Positions 19,139-28,885 of a DNA stretch of 64,000 nucleotides are shown here, one piece after another (the first letter of the stretch is position 1; the number at the start of each line of letters is the position of its first letter). A model generated the notes under the pieces. The model did not search any database. It had not been told where the DNA came from and saw nothing but the letters and a program-made list of their open reading frames with translations. The DNA is taken from assembly GCA_965200355.1 (NCBI GenBank), contig OZ241351.1, forward strand, positions 1,564,163 through 1,628,162. Direction: 5' to 3'. The translations under genes were made by a program, and so were the position numbers. Source of the DNA: an uncultured Candidatus Binatia bacterium. GTDB taxonomy: Bacteria > Desulfobacterota > Binatia > Bin18.

Positions 19139-19582
19139 CTATGCGTCGGACCCCACTGACGAGGCGACCGGCGTGAACAGTGGCACCGAGACATCTGGCG
19201 TCAGGTCCTCGAAGGTGACTTCGACCGGCATGCCGATGGTGACGCTCTCCGGGTCACAGCCCACGATATTGGTCAGCACCCGTACCCCTTCTTCCAGTTC
19301 GACATAGGCCATGACGTAGGGCACTTTGGTGCGAAAACCCGCACTCTGATTCTGACGGGTAATCGTAAAGGTGTAGACCGTCCCCTTGCCGCTACAGCGC
19401 AGCCACTCAAAGTCCGGCGACAGGTCTTCGAGGCAAAAGGCCCGGGGATAGTAAAAGACCGTTCCACATTCACGACATTTCTGGACATACAGCTCGTGCC
19501 GGGCGCAGGCTTCCCAGAACGGGCGGGACTCTTCATCGACCCGTGGAACCGGACGACTCGTTTTCTTTCTCTCATCAGCCAT
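19139..19582 (-). CDS. DUF35 protein (OB-fold + rubredoxin-like Zn-ribbon), the scaffold/partner subunit of SCP-x-type thiolases/aldolases
   Basis: CxxC...CxxC (CRECGTVFYYPRAFC) followed by an OB-fold. Start set at MADERKK, which has a GAGGGA SD. Confidence 0.75.
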   Translation of the reverse strand: MADERKKTSRPVPRVDEESRPFWEACARHELYVQKCRECGTVFYYPRAFCLEDLSPDFEWLRCSGKGTVYTFTITRQNQSAGFRTKVPYVMAYVELEEGVRVLTNIVGCDPESVTIGMPVEVTFEDLTPDVSVPLFTPVASSVGSDA

Positions 19583-19622
19583 AAGCATTTCCCTCGTTGC
19601 TGGCCTCGTTGCTGAACCGCGT

Positions 19623-20771
19623 CTATACGCCGAGGACCAGAGAGGCACCGCTGTGCCGCAGCCCGAGCGTGCCACCCGTTCCATGACAAAAGGCGAGGGC
19701 GCAATTTTCGACTTGCCGCTCCCCACACTCGCCGCGTAACTGCTTGACCGCCTCAATCACCAGAAAAATACCGCGCATCCCAGGGTGGTTGGAGGATAGC
19801 CCGCCGCCGTCGGTATTGAGCGGGAGTTCCCCGCCCAGACCAATACGGCCGTTCTGGACATACGCCCCGCCTTCCCCTTTTGGGCAAAATCCCAGGCTTT
19901 CGAGGGTAATACAGACGGTAATGGTGAAGGAGTCATAAATCATGGCCATGTCAAAGTCGCTATGACTCACCCCGGCCCGCTGCATGGCCGTGGGACCGGA
20001 CTGCTTGGCCGCCGCGTCAGTAATATCGCGCATCCCGGCGCTGGTATGCGCGCAGGACTCTGCCGCACTCAGGAGATACACCGGCTTTTTTCTGAGGTCG
20101 CGCGCCCGCTCCGCAGAGGTGACCACCAGCGCGCCGCCGCCGTCGGAGATCATGCAGCAGTCCAGCAAGTGCAGCGGTGACGACACCTCGCGCGAGGCCA
20201 GGACGTCGTCAACGCTAATCGGATCGCGAAACTTGGCGTGCGGATTCAGCGCGGCGTGTTGGCGCGTGGTCACGGCAATCTCGGCCAGCTGTTCACTGGT
20301 TGTGCCGAATTCATACATATGCCGCTGGGCGGCCAGGGCGTAGGCCCCAACGGTGGTCGGACCGTAGCAGCCTTCAAATTGTTCGGGCGGGTCGCCGCTC
20401 CCACCCCCCCCGGTGCCAACGGCAAAACGGTCTGAGGACCATTTGCTGCCGTACAGGATCAGGGCGACCGTGCAGTAGCCGGCGGCAATCGCCGCCGCGG
20501 CATGGGCCGTATGCGACACAAAGGACGAGCCCCCAATCGAGTTGGAGTCCAGGAAATCGGGGTTGAGATTCAGATGCTCGGCCAAGGCGATAATCCCCAT
20601 CCCGCCCACCCCCGAGGTCAACAGGCCGTCCACGTCTTTGATACTCAGCCCGGCATCGTCCAGCGCGCCGCGCGCGCTCTCGGCCATGAGCTGGTATTGG
20701 GTCTTATGCGGAGCCCAACGGAGCGGGTGCTCGTAGACGCCGGCCAGCGCGGCTTTTCGACTGATACTCAT
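19623..20771 (-). CDS. SCP-x/Ltp-type thiolase-fold protein (thiolase or retro-aldolase)
   Basis: 382 aa thiolase fold lacking the classical thiolase N-terminal motifs. Adjacent to the DUF35 gene, as in Ltp2-ChsH2, BbsAB and the archaeal thiolase/HMGCS/DUF35 complexes. Confidence 0.75.
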   Translation of the reverse strand: MSISRKAALAGVYEHPLRWAPHKTQYQLMAESARGALDDAGLSIKDVDGLLTSGVGGMGIIALAEHLNLNPDFLDSNSIGGSSFVSHTAHAAAAIAAGYCTVALILYGSKWSSDRFAVGTGGGGSGDPPEQFEGCYGPTTVGAYALAAQRHMYEFGTTSEQLAEIAVTTRQHAALNPHAKFRDPISVDDVLASREVSSPLHLLDCCMISDGGGALVVTSAERARDLRKKPVYLLSAAESCAHTSAGMRDITDAAAKQSGPTAMQRAGVSHSDFDMAMIYDSFTITVCITLESLGFCPKGEGGAYVQNGRIGLGGELPLNTDGGGLSSNHPGMRGIFLVIEAVKQLRGECGERQVENCALAFCHGTGGTLGLRHSGASLVLGV

Positions 20772-21607
20772 ACGCTTCCTCTTTCATTGAAGAACGCCTG
20801 AATGGCGTCGCAGGCGGCCTGCGGTTTTTCAAGTGGCAGCCAGTGACCGGCCTCGGGAATGACCGCCAGTTGGGCATTCGGAATATGGTCCCGCAGCTCT
20901 TCGGCCTGAGCGACGGGCGTGGTGGCGTCATCGGCGCCGGCCAGCACCAGTGTCGGCCGGTCAATCTGTCCAAGCTGGGCTCTCAGGTCAACCTGCTGGC
21001 AGGCCAGCAAATCAAAATAGCGGACCCGCGGGTCGGTTTTAATCTGCTCCATCCAGCCAGCCTGGATAATCTCCTGCGGTGTCTGCGGTGAGCACGACAC
21101 CTTGGTAAACGGCTGTCCCCGCCGGCCTTTCATCACCGCCTGCCAGGTGCTGAGTAACTCATCCGGGATAGTGAATTGCGCTGCGGTGCAGGTCAGGACG
21201 AGGCATTCGACCATATCCGCGTGGCGCAGGGCCAAGTCCAGGGCAATGGCACCCCCCATCGAATGGCCAATAATCACCACCGGGCGGACAGCCAAGGTCT
21301 GCCACAAGCGATAGGTAAAGTCGCTATACGCGGCCACGCTTTTGAGACTTTCTGTTCCGCTCGAACGTCCGTGGCCTGGAAAGTCGAAGGCGAGCGGACT
21401 GTGAGCCGCGGAGAGAATATCCAGCATTTTATGGGCGAAATGCCCATTACTGCCCGCCCCGTGGACGTATAAAAAGAGTCGGCCTTGGCTGACATCAGGC
21501 ACGACCGGCGGCAGCGTTGTCTGGCCGGTGTGAAAGTAATGCACCGCATAGCCATCAACATCAATATATTTGGTTGGCATAGCCCCTCGCTTTGGAAAAA
21601 CTGTCAA
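20768..21607 (-). CDS. Alpha/beta-hydrolase fold protein
   Basis: GHSMGG nucleophile elbow; 279 aa; overlaps the thiolase start by 4 nt. Confidence 0.75.
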   Translation of the reverse strand: MTVFPKRGAMPTKYIDVDGYAVHYFHTGQTTLPPVVPDVSQGRLFLYVHGAGSNGHFAHKMLDILSAAHSPLAFDFPGHGRSSGTESLKSVAAYSDFTYRLWQTLAVRPVVIIGHSMGGAIALDLALRHADMVECLVLTCTAAQFTIPDELLSTWQAVMKGRRGQPFTKVSCSPQTPQEIIQAGWMEQIKTDPRVRYFDLLACQQVDLRAQLGQIDRPTLVLAGADDATTPVAQAEELRDHIPNAQLAVIPEAGHWLPLEKPQAACDAIQAFFNERGSV

Positions 21608-21755
21608 AAGATGTACTGACTAATCGGGCAGGGTCGAGTTTGTCAAGAGTGAGGCGCGAGAGGAAGGCCGACGGAGGTCACACGTCAAGCCACGCTCCAT
21701 GCCACCGCTCAGCCCTGGCCGGCTCTATCATGCCCAGCCCAGCCTGAAGAGCCAG

Positions 21756-24700
21756 CTACAGCGCTGCCACGCTGAGGTCGTTTGTGCGCTCGGCCAGCCG
21801 CCGCTCAAACGCGGCTAGCTCGTCATCCAGGATCGTGAAGTATTTGGCTTGGGGATGGTGGAAGACGAGCGCCGAGACCGAGGCTTCTGGCTCCATCATA
21901 TAGCCCTCGGTCAGCCCAACGCCGATTGCAGCGGTGATGGGCAACACCCGAAACAAACCTGCCTGGTCTTCGAGGCGTGGACAGGCCGGATAGCCGAAAC
22001 TTACCCGGACGCCACGGTAGCGCGCCTTGAAGCGCTCTCGCATGGTCAACTCCGGTGGGTCGGCAAAACCCCACATCGCCCGCAGGCGCTGATGGAGCAG
22101 TTCGGCAAACGCCTCCGCGCCCTCAATCGCCAGGGCTTGCAGGATATGGGACTGAAGATAGCGGCCCGCCTCACGGTACTGGGCCGCGAGTTCGCGGACC
22201 CCGTGGCCACAGGTCACGGCAAACAGCGCGATATAGTCCTGTTCACCGCTGCTCGCTGGAGCCACAAAATCACTCAGACACAGGCCCTCGCCATGTTGCT
22301 GGCGGGGAAAGACAAACGTGGCGGCAATCTCTTGGCCGTTGGCCCGATACAGCCGCAGGCGGTCGCCGTCGGCCTGGGCCGGAAAAAATTGATATACCGC
22401 CCGCGCCCGCAATAATTTTTTGGCCACCACCTCATCTATCACGGCTTGGACCTGCTGGTGTAACTCGCCCGCTTTTTTGTCACCCTGGGCTAACAAGGTC
22501 TCAAGATTCCCTTTGAGGCCCAGATGCTTGCCGTACAGCATGGTGGGGTTGAGATAGGCAAAAATCGCGTCCAGGTCATACGCATCAAGCGTATGCAGCC
22601 GCAGGTCGGGCGGATGTGGGGCCGGCTGTGCGTGTGAAAGCAGCGTAGGTTGGATAGCTGGCGTCTCGGCTGCGCCCGGTTGGGGTGCGCGCGCCGGGCG
22701 TGCCAGACGTGCCCGCTCTTTCTCAAGGTCTCGTAGCAGCGCCCCGCGCCGGTCTGCATCCATAATCTGGTTGGCCAGGTCCAGACCACGCATGGCATCG
22801 TTCGCGTAGCAGACCAGGCCGGCATACTCGGGGGCAATTTTATTGGCGGTAAAACGGGGAGTCAGCGCGGCCCCGCCAACCAGCAGGGGACAGCTCACTT
22901 GGGCCGTGGTGAGGTCCTGGGCCGTCACCACCATCTGTTGGGCCGATTTGACCAGTAAACCGGACAGACCTACGAGGTCGGGTTGATGGGTGCGCACGGC
23001 TTCTATCAGGGTTTCGGGCGCAACTTTAATGCCGAGGTTGACCACCCGGTAGCCGTTGTTGGCCAGGATGATCTCCACCAGGTTTTTCCCGATATCATGC
23101 ACATCACCCTTGACGGTGGCCAGGAGGACGGTGCCTTTGAGCCCCCCGTCCGGCGAAGCGGAAACGGGTCCAGCGCCTTCAGGGTGTTGGACACCTTCCC
23201 CCTTTTTCTCCATAAAGGGTTCGAGATGCCCAACCGCCGCCTTCATGGCCTCCGCACTCTGCAAGACCTCGGCCACAATGAGTTCGTTGTTATTAAACAG
23301 CCGGCCGACCTTATCCATCCCCGCCATGAGCGGTCCGTTGATAATGTCCAGGGGGGCGCGCTCGGTGAGGGCGGTGTTGAGGTCGTCTATCAGCCCGTCT
23401 TTGGAGCCCTCTATGATGGACCGCGCCAGCCGTTCATCTAGCGGCAGGTCGGCGCGCGTATCCCGCACGGTACTCTCTTTCTTGTGTCGAAAGTGAGCGG
23501 CAAAGGCGGCCACCGGGTCTGGGCCATGCCAGTAAATGAGATCGTTGGCCAGGCGTTTTTCTGCTTCGACAATCGAGGCGTAGCGTTCGAGCTTTTCCGT
23601 GTTCACTATCGCCAAGTCGAGCCCGGCCTTGACACAGTGGTAGAGAAACACCGAGTTCAACACCTCGCGCCCGGCCGGGGGCAGGCCAAAGGACACATTG
23701 CTGATGCCCAGAATGGTCTTGCAGGCCGGCAGCGCGTGTTTAATCAGCCGGACGCCGGCTATCGTCTCCTCACCCGCGCCAATATAGTTGCGGTCGCCAG
23801 TTCCCAGGGGAAACACCAGCGGATCAAAAATAATATCTTCGGCGACCAGGCCGTACTTCTGGGTCAGCAGCGCATAGCTGCGTTTGGCCACGGCGAGCTT
23901 CCGCTGCCGGGTAACGGCCATGCCCTGTTCCGGGTCTTCATCGATACAGCCCACCACCACCGCCGCCCCGTAGCGTTTGAGCAGCGGCACGACTTGGGCA
24001 AACCGTTCCTCGCCGTCCTCCAGGTTGATTGAGTTGATAATCGCCTTGCCCTGGGAACGCTCAAGCGCGGCTTCAATGACCTGCGTGTCGGTCGAGTCGA
24101 TCATCAGCGGGACTTTGATCTTCCGCACCAGCATATCCAGAAAGGCGGTCATATCGCCGCGTTCTTCACGGTCCGGGTCGGCCAGGCAGACATCCACGAT
24201 ATGGGCCCCGCCCCGCACCTGTCGGCGGCCGATTTCCGCGCCCTCTTCAAACGCGCCGTCGCGGATGAGCCGCTTGAATTTGCGCGAGCCAATGACATTC
24301 GTGCGCTCCCCGACCAGCACCGGGCGTTTGTCTTCGTCAATCACCAGGGGTTCAAGTCCCGAGACCACGCTGCGGGTCGTTGTCGGCGGCCTGCGCGGCG
24401 GCTTGCCCTCCAGCATCTGACTCAGCAAGGCGATATGGGCGGGGGTCGTGCCACAGCAGCCGCCCAGCATATTGAGCCAACCGGCATCGACAAACCGTTC
24501 GAGCTTGGCCACGACCATCTGGGGGGATTCGTTGTAGTGGCCTTCTTCGTCTGGCAGCCCGGCGTTCGGAATACACAGCGTGGGAAAACGGGAGAATGCC
24601 GCCAAGGTCCGGAGATGATCGGTCATGAAATCGGGTCCGGTCGCACAGTTGAGGCCAAGTGCCAACAGGTCCCGATGGGCCACGGAGGTATAGAGGGCCT

Positions 24701-25361
24701 CCACTCCCTGGCCGGCCAACATCGTTCCCATGGTTTCAATCGTGACCGAGACGGCAACCGGGACGCGGAGCCCGACCGTCCGAAACGCAGCGTCAACCCC
24801 CAAGAGGCCGGCTTTCAGGTTGAGGGTATCCTGGGTCGTTTCCATCAGCAGTAGGTCAACGCCCCCCCGGAGCAGGCCGGCTGCTTGTTCCGCATAGGCG
24901 TGCCGCAGTTGGCCGAAGGTCGTCCCGCCGGTGACTGAAATCGTTTTGGTCGTTGGCCCCATGGAGCCGGCCACAAAGCGGGGCCGGTGTGGAGAGCTGT
25001 GACGACGGGCACAGGTCTGGGCGAGTTGGGCCGCGGTCTGGTTAATGGCACTCGTCTGCTCGTGCAGACCATACTCGGCCAGGACGATACGCGACGCGCC
25101 AAAGGTATTCGTTTCAATGATATCCGCCCCGGCCCGCAAGAAGTCGTCGTGAATCTGGGTGATGGCGTCAGGGCAAGTCAACACCAAGTGTTCATTGCAG
25201 CCTTCGTAGGCCAGCCCGCCGAAATTGTCCGGGCTCAGATTTTGGGCCTGGATAGATGTCCCCATAGCGCCGTCAAAGAGCAGGACCCGCTCACGCAGGA
25301 GGGCGCACAGGTCACGCGCCCGGGCCGATAACGAAGGCAGTCTGTCGTTCACATTGCCCAC
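21756..25361 (-). CDS. metH: Cobalamin-dependent methionine synthase MetH (1201 aa)
   Basis: Homocysteine-binding, pterin-binding, B12-binding (GDVHDIGKN) and AdoMet-activation domains, in canonical order. Confidence 0.9.
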   Translation of the reverse strand: MGNVNDRLPSLSARARDLCALLRERVLLFDGAMGTSIQAQNLSPDNFGGLAYEGCNEHLVLTCPDAITQIHDDFLRAGADIIETNTFGASRIVLAEYGLHEQTSAINQTAAQLAQTCARRHSSPHRPRFVAGSMGPTTKTISVTGGTTFGQLRHAYAEQAAGLLRGGVDLLLMETTQDTLNLKAGLLGVDAAFRTVGLRVPVAVSVTIETMGTMLAGQGVEALYTSVAHRDLLALGLNCATGPDFMTDHLRTLAAFSRFPTLCIPNAGLPDEEGHYNESPQMVVAKLERFVDAGWLNMLGGCCGTTPAHIALLSQMLEGKPPRRPPTTTRSVVSGLEPLVIDEDKRPVLVGERTNVIGSRKFKRLIRDGAFEEGAEIGRRQVRGGAHIVDVCLADPDREERGDMTAFLDMLVRKIKVPLMIDSTDTQVIEAALERSQGKAIINSINLEDGEERFAQVVPLLKRYGAAVVVGCIDEDPEQGMAVTRQRKLAVAKRSYALLTQKYGLVAEDIIFDPLVFPLGTGDRNYIGAGEETIAGVRLIKHALPACKTILGISNVSFGLPPAGREVLNSVFLYHCVKAGLDLAIVNTEKLERYASIVEAEKRLANDLIYWHGPDPVAAFAAHFRHKKESTVRDTRADLPLDERLARSIIEGSKDGLIDDLNTALTERAPLDIINGPLMAGMDKVGRLFNNNELIVAEVLQSAEAMKAAVGHLEPFMEKKGEGVQHPEGAGPVSASPDGGLKGTVLLATVKGDVHDIGKNLVEIILANNGYRVVNLGIKVAPETLIEAVRTHQPDLVGLSGLLVKSAQQMVVTAQDLTTAQVSCPLLVGGAALTPRFTANKIAPEYAGLVCYANDAMRGLDLANQIMDADRRGALLRDLEKERARLARPARAPQPGAAETPAIQPTLLSHAQPAPHPPDLRLHTLDAYDLDAIFAYLNPTMLYGKHLGLKGNLETLLAQGDKKAGELHQQVQAVIDEVVAKKLLRARAVYQFFPAQADGDRLRLYRANGQEIAATFVFPRQQHGEGLCLSDFVAPASSGEQDYIALFAVTCGHGVRELAAQYREAGRYLQSHILQALAIEGAEAFAELLHQRLRAMWGFADPPELTMRERFKARYRGVRVSFGYPACPRLEDQAGLFRVLPITAAIGVGLTEGYMMEPEASVSALVFHHPQAKYFTILDDELAAFERRLAERTNDLSVAAL

Positions 25362-25481
25362 CCAAGTCCTGAAGGGGCACCCGTGTCAACATCTGTATAG
25401 CGATTGGGGGACACGGTGACGCTTTTCCTTATACGGAGGCCGACGTGGAGCATACAGGGAATGCAGACGGCCGTCTCAAAC

Positions 25482-25515
25482 GGCACTACGCGCAGCATTG
25501 ACCGCGCGTAGTGCC
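25482..25515. promoter_or_regulatory. Perfect 12-bp-arm palindrome (GGCACTACGCGC-N10-GCGCGTAGTGCC) in the divergent metH/res intergenic region; candidate operator
   Basis: Read directly. A second 10-bp palindrome GACGGCCGTC sits at 25466-25475. No adjacent U-tract on either strand, so a terminator is unlikely. Confidence 0.35.
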
Positions 25516-25746
25516 GCCTCTTATATACGCCGAGAAATTGCTTGTCTAATGGGGTAGGGGTGTGGACGGGGGACGGTCAACAGAGAAGGAGAAAATGTCG
25601 GGACGGTCTCAATCGGGATTGCCACCACACAGGCGAAGCGCTAGGGGAGAGGAGCGAGGGCCTGTCCCTGTCACTTTTTGCCGAAGAGTCCGCTGGACCA
25701 GGAATGTTCCGAACACAGAAAAAACCACCCAAGGGAAGGACGGCGA

Positions 25747-28700
25747 TATGGCCGACCAGAGCCAGCCGGAGGGCGCGCTCGTCCAATCTGAGAAAACGGC
25801 CGCTCGTCAGTCTTCCTTCCCGGAGCCAGGCGTTCTGATGGACCAGCGCTTCTTCCAACAGCCTGTTTTGAATTCGCCCTACGAGTATCCCAGGCAGCAC
25901 TGGGAGCTTGATGAGCAGGGACAGCCAACCCAGCGGATCATCGCAACCCGCCGCCGGGCCGAGTTTATTACGCCCATTCCAAAGCCGCGCAAACGCAAAG
26001 GCTCCGCGCACCAGCAGTCACTCGCCTTAGATGAAGGCCACGGACTCTCAACCGCTGAGCAGCAGTACGACCCGACCTCCATTATCACCGCGCTCCGTCG
26101 TCAGGTGGACCAGTGGCGCAGCCGACCGAATCCGGCCGACTGGCAGGTGACACCCGAGACCGCTCGTCTGCTGCAACACTGGAGACAGCATCAGTTCAGC
26201 ACTATCCGGCCCTTCTTCTGTCAAGTGGAAGCCGTGGAAACCGCGATCTGGCTGACCGAGGTTGCTCCGAGAGCGGGCAAGACCGGCAAGGATTTTCTGG
26301 CACATCTCACCAACGCCAATACCGACGCCAATCCGGGTTTACAGCGCGTGGCGCTCAAGCTCGCCACCGGCGCGGGCAAGACCACGGTTCTTGCCATGCT
26401 GATCGCCTGGCAGACCATCAACGCGGTCCGCCGCCCAACGAGCAGAAGATTTACCCGTGGCTTTCTGGTCGTTACGCCCGGTTTGACGATCCGTGACCGG
26501 CTGCGCGTCCTGCAACCGAACGACCCGGACAGCTATTACGCCAGCCGGGAGCTGGTGCCGGGCGATATGCGCGGCGACCTCAGCCGGGCCAAAATCGTCA
26601 TTACCAACTATCACGCCTTCAAGCGGCGTGAGCGCATGGCGCTTTCAAAAGGCGGTCGCTCGTTGCTCCAGGGGCGCGGGGCCGCCTTGAACACCTTGGA
26701 GACCGAAGGGCAGATGCTTCAGCGCGTCATGCCCGACCTGATGGGCCTGAAAAATATCGTGGTGATGAACGATGAGGCCCACCACTGCTACCGCGAGAAA
26801 CCGGAAAAAGATGACGAAGGAATACTGAAAGGCGACGAGCGAAAAGAAGCGGAGAAAAACAATGAGGCGGCGCGGCTGTGGATTTCTGGCCTGGAAGCCG
26901 TGGGCCGCACGCTGGGTCTGGCGCGGATTATCGACGTATCGGCCACACCGTTCTTTCTGCGCGGCTCGGGCTATGCCGAGGGCACGCTGTTTCCCTGGAC
27001 GATGAGCGACTTTTCCCTCATGGACGCCATCGAATGCGGAATTGTCAAGCTGCCCCGGGTGCCGGTGGCAGACAACATCCCTGGCGGCGAAATGCCGAAA
27101 TTCCGCAATCTGTGGCAACATATTCGACCCCGGATGCCGAAAAAGGGCCGGGGCAAAGCCAAGACCCTTGACCCGCTCAGCCTGCCGGTTGCACTCCAGA
27201 CCGCCCTGGACGCCCTGTACGGCCATTACCAACAGACCTCTGCGTTATGGCAGCAGAAGGGCATTCAGGTGCCGCCCTGTTTTATCGTGGTGTGCAATAA
27301 CACCTCGACCTCCAAGCTGGTGTATGACTATATCTCCGGCTTTTGGCGGGACAATGACGACGGTTCACCGACACTCGAGCATGGCCGCTTGCCGCTGTTC
27401 CGAAACCATGAGGCCGACGGGACTCAATTGGCGCGTCCGCGTACCCTCCTCATCGACAGCCAGCAACTCGAATCCGGGGCTGCCCTGGACACCAATTTTC
27501 GGGCGATGGCGTCAGATGAGATAGCACGCTTCCGCCGCGAGATTATCGAACGGACCGGCGACCATCGCCAGGCCGAAAACCTGTCTGACCAAGACCTGCT
27601 GCGGGAAGTCATGAACACGGTCGGCAAGCCGGGCCGGTTGGGCGCGTCGATTCGTTGCGTGGTGTCGGTTTCCATGCTGACCGAAGGCTGGGACGCCAAC
27701 ACGGTCACGCACGTGTTAGGCGTGCGCGCCTTTGGCACGCAATTATTGTGCGAACAGGTCATTGGGCGGGCCTTGCGCAGGCAATCCTACACGCTGAATG
27801 AGAAGGGGCTGTTGAATGTGGAATACGCCGATGTGCTGGGGATTCCGTTTGACTTTACCGCCAAGCCGGTTGTTGCTCCGCCCCAAACGCCCCGCGAGAC
27901 CGTGCAGGTTCAAGCGGTGCGGCCCGACCGCGACCATTTGGCCATTCAGTTTCCCCGGGTCGCCGGCTATCTCGTTGAACTGCCGGAGGAACGACTCAGC
28001 GTGCAGTTCAACGCCGATTCCGTTCTGGAATTGACCCCAGACCTGGTTGGCCCCTCAATGACCCGGAACGCGGACATTATTGGCGCGGATGTTGACCTGA
28101 GCCTGAAGCATCTGGACAACCTGCGTTCCTCAACCGTGGCGTTCCACGTGACCAAGCGCCTGCTCTACACCAAATGGCGCGACCCTGGCGCAGCACCGAA
28201 GCTCCACTTATTCGGGCAGTTGAAACGCATTTCGGGCAGTTGAAACGCATCACCACGCAATGGCTGGCGACCTGTCTGGTCTGCAAAGGCCGGACCTACC
28301 CCGCTCAACTCCTGTATCAGGAGCTGGCCGATATGGCCTGCGAGCGCATTACTGCTGGTATCACCCGTTCCGTCATCGGCGACCGGCCCGTAAAAGCCGT
28401 GTTGGACCCCTACAATCCCACCGGCTCGACCACGCACGTGCACTTCCATACCTCCAAAGCGCACCGCTGGCAGACGGATGCCCGGCGGTGTCATATCAAC
28501 TGGGTCATCCTCGACAGCGATTGGGAGGCCGAATTCTGCCGGGTGGTTGAGTCGCACCCCGCGGTGCGGGCCTATGTGAAAAATCACAACCTCGGCCTGG
28601 AGGTGCCCTACCGCTCCGGCTCGACCCTGCGGACCTATATTCCCGACTTTATCGTGCTGCTGAACGACGGGCATGACGACCCGTTGCATCTGATTGTTGA

Positions 28701-28854
28701 GATCAAAGGCTATCGGGGCGAGGACGCCAAGTACAAGAAGGCGACGATGGAGACCTACTGGATTCCCGGCGTGAATAATCATGGGCAGTATGGCCGCTGG
28801 GCGTTTGCCGAGTTTACTGCGGTTTATGATATTGAGCGGGAATTGGGGATGTGA
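25747..28854 (+). pseudogene. res: Type III restriction enzyme Res subunit (SF2 DEAH helicase + C-terminal PD-(D/E)xK nuclease), frameshifted by a 20-bp tandem duplication
   Basis: Walker A (KLATGAGKTT) and DEAH (VVMNDEAHHCY). C-terminal PDF...IVEIKG nuclease motif lies in ORF 28174..28854. The two ORFs join seamlessly if one copy of TTCGGGCAGTTGAAACGCAT is removed. Confidence 0.8.
28211..28250 (+). repeat. Perfect 20-bp tandem duplication (TTCGGGCAGTTGAAACGCAT x2) inside res, creating TGA at 28241-28243
   Basis: Read directly: 28211-28230 equals 28231-28250. Confidence 0.95.
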
Positions 28855-28885
28855 GGGGTTAGTGGATAGTGGGGAGTGGGGAGCG
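28855..28885. repeat. GGGGTTAGTGGATAGTGG repeat copy immediately 3' of res (same family as the repeats flanking the four-helix-bundle cassette)
   Basis: TGAGGGGTTAGTGGATAGTGGGGAGTGGGGA directly follows the res stop codon. Confidence 0.7.

Noticed and set aside
23484-24854. + strand ORFs within metH
   Set aside because: Antisense of a contiguous 1201-aa MetH frame.
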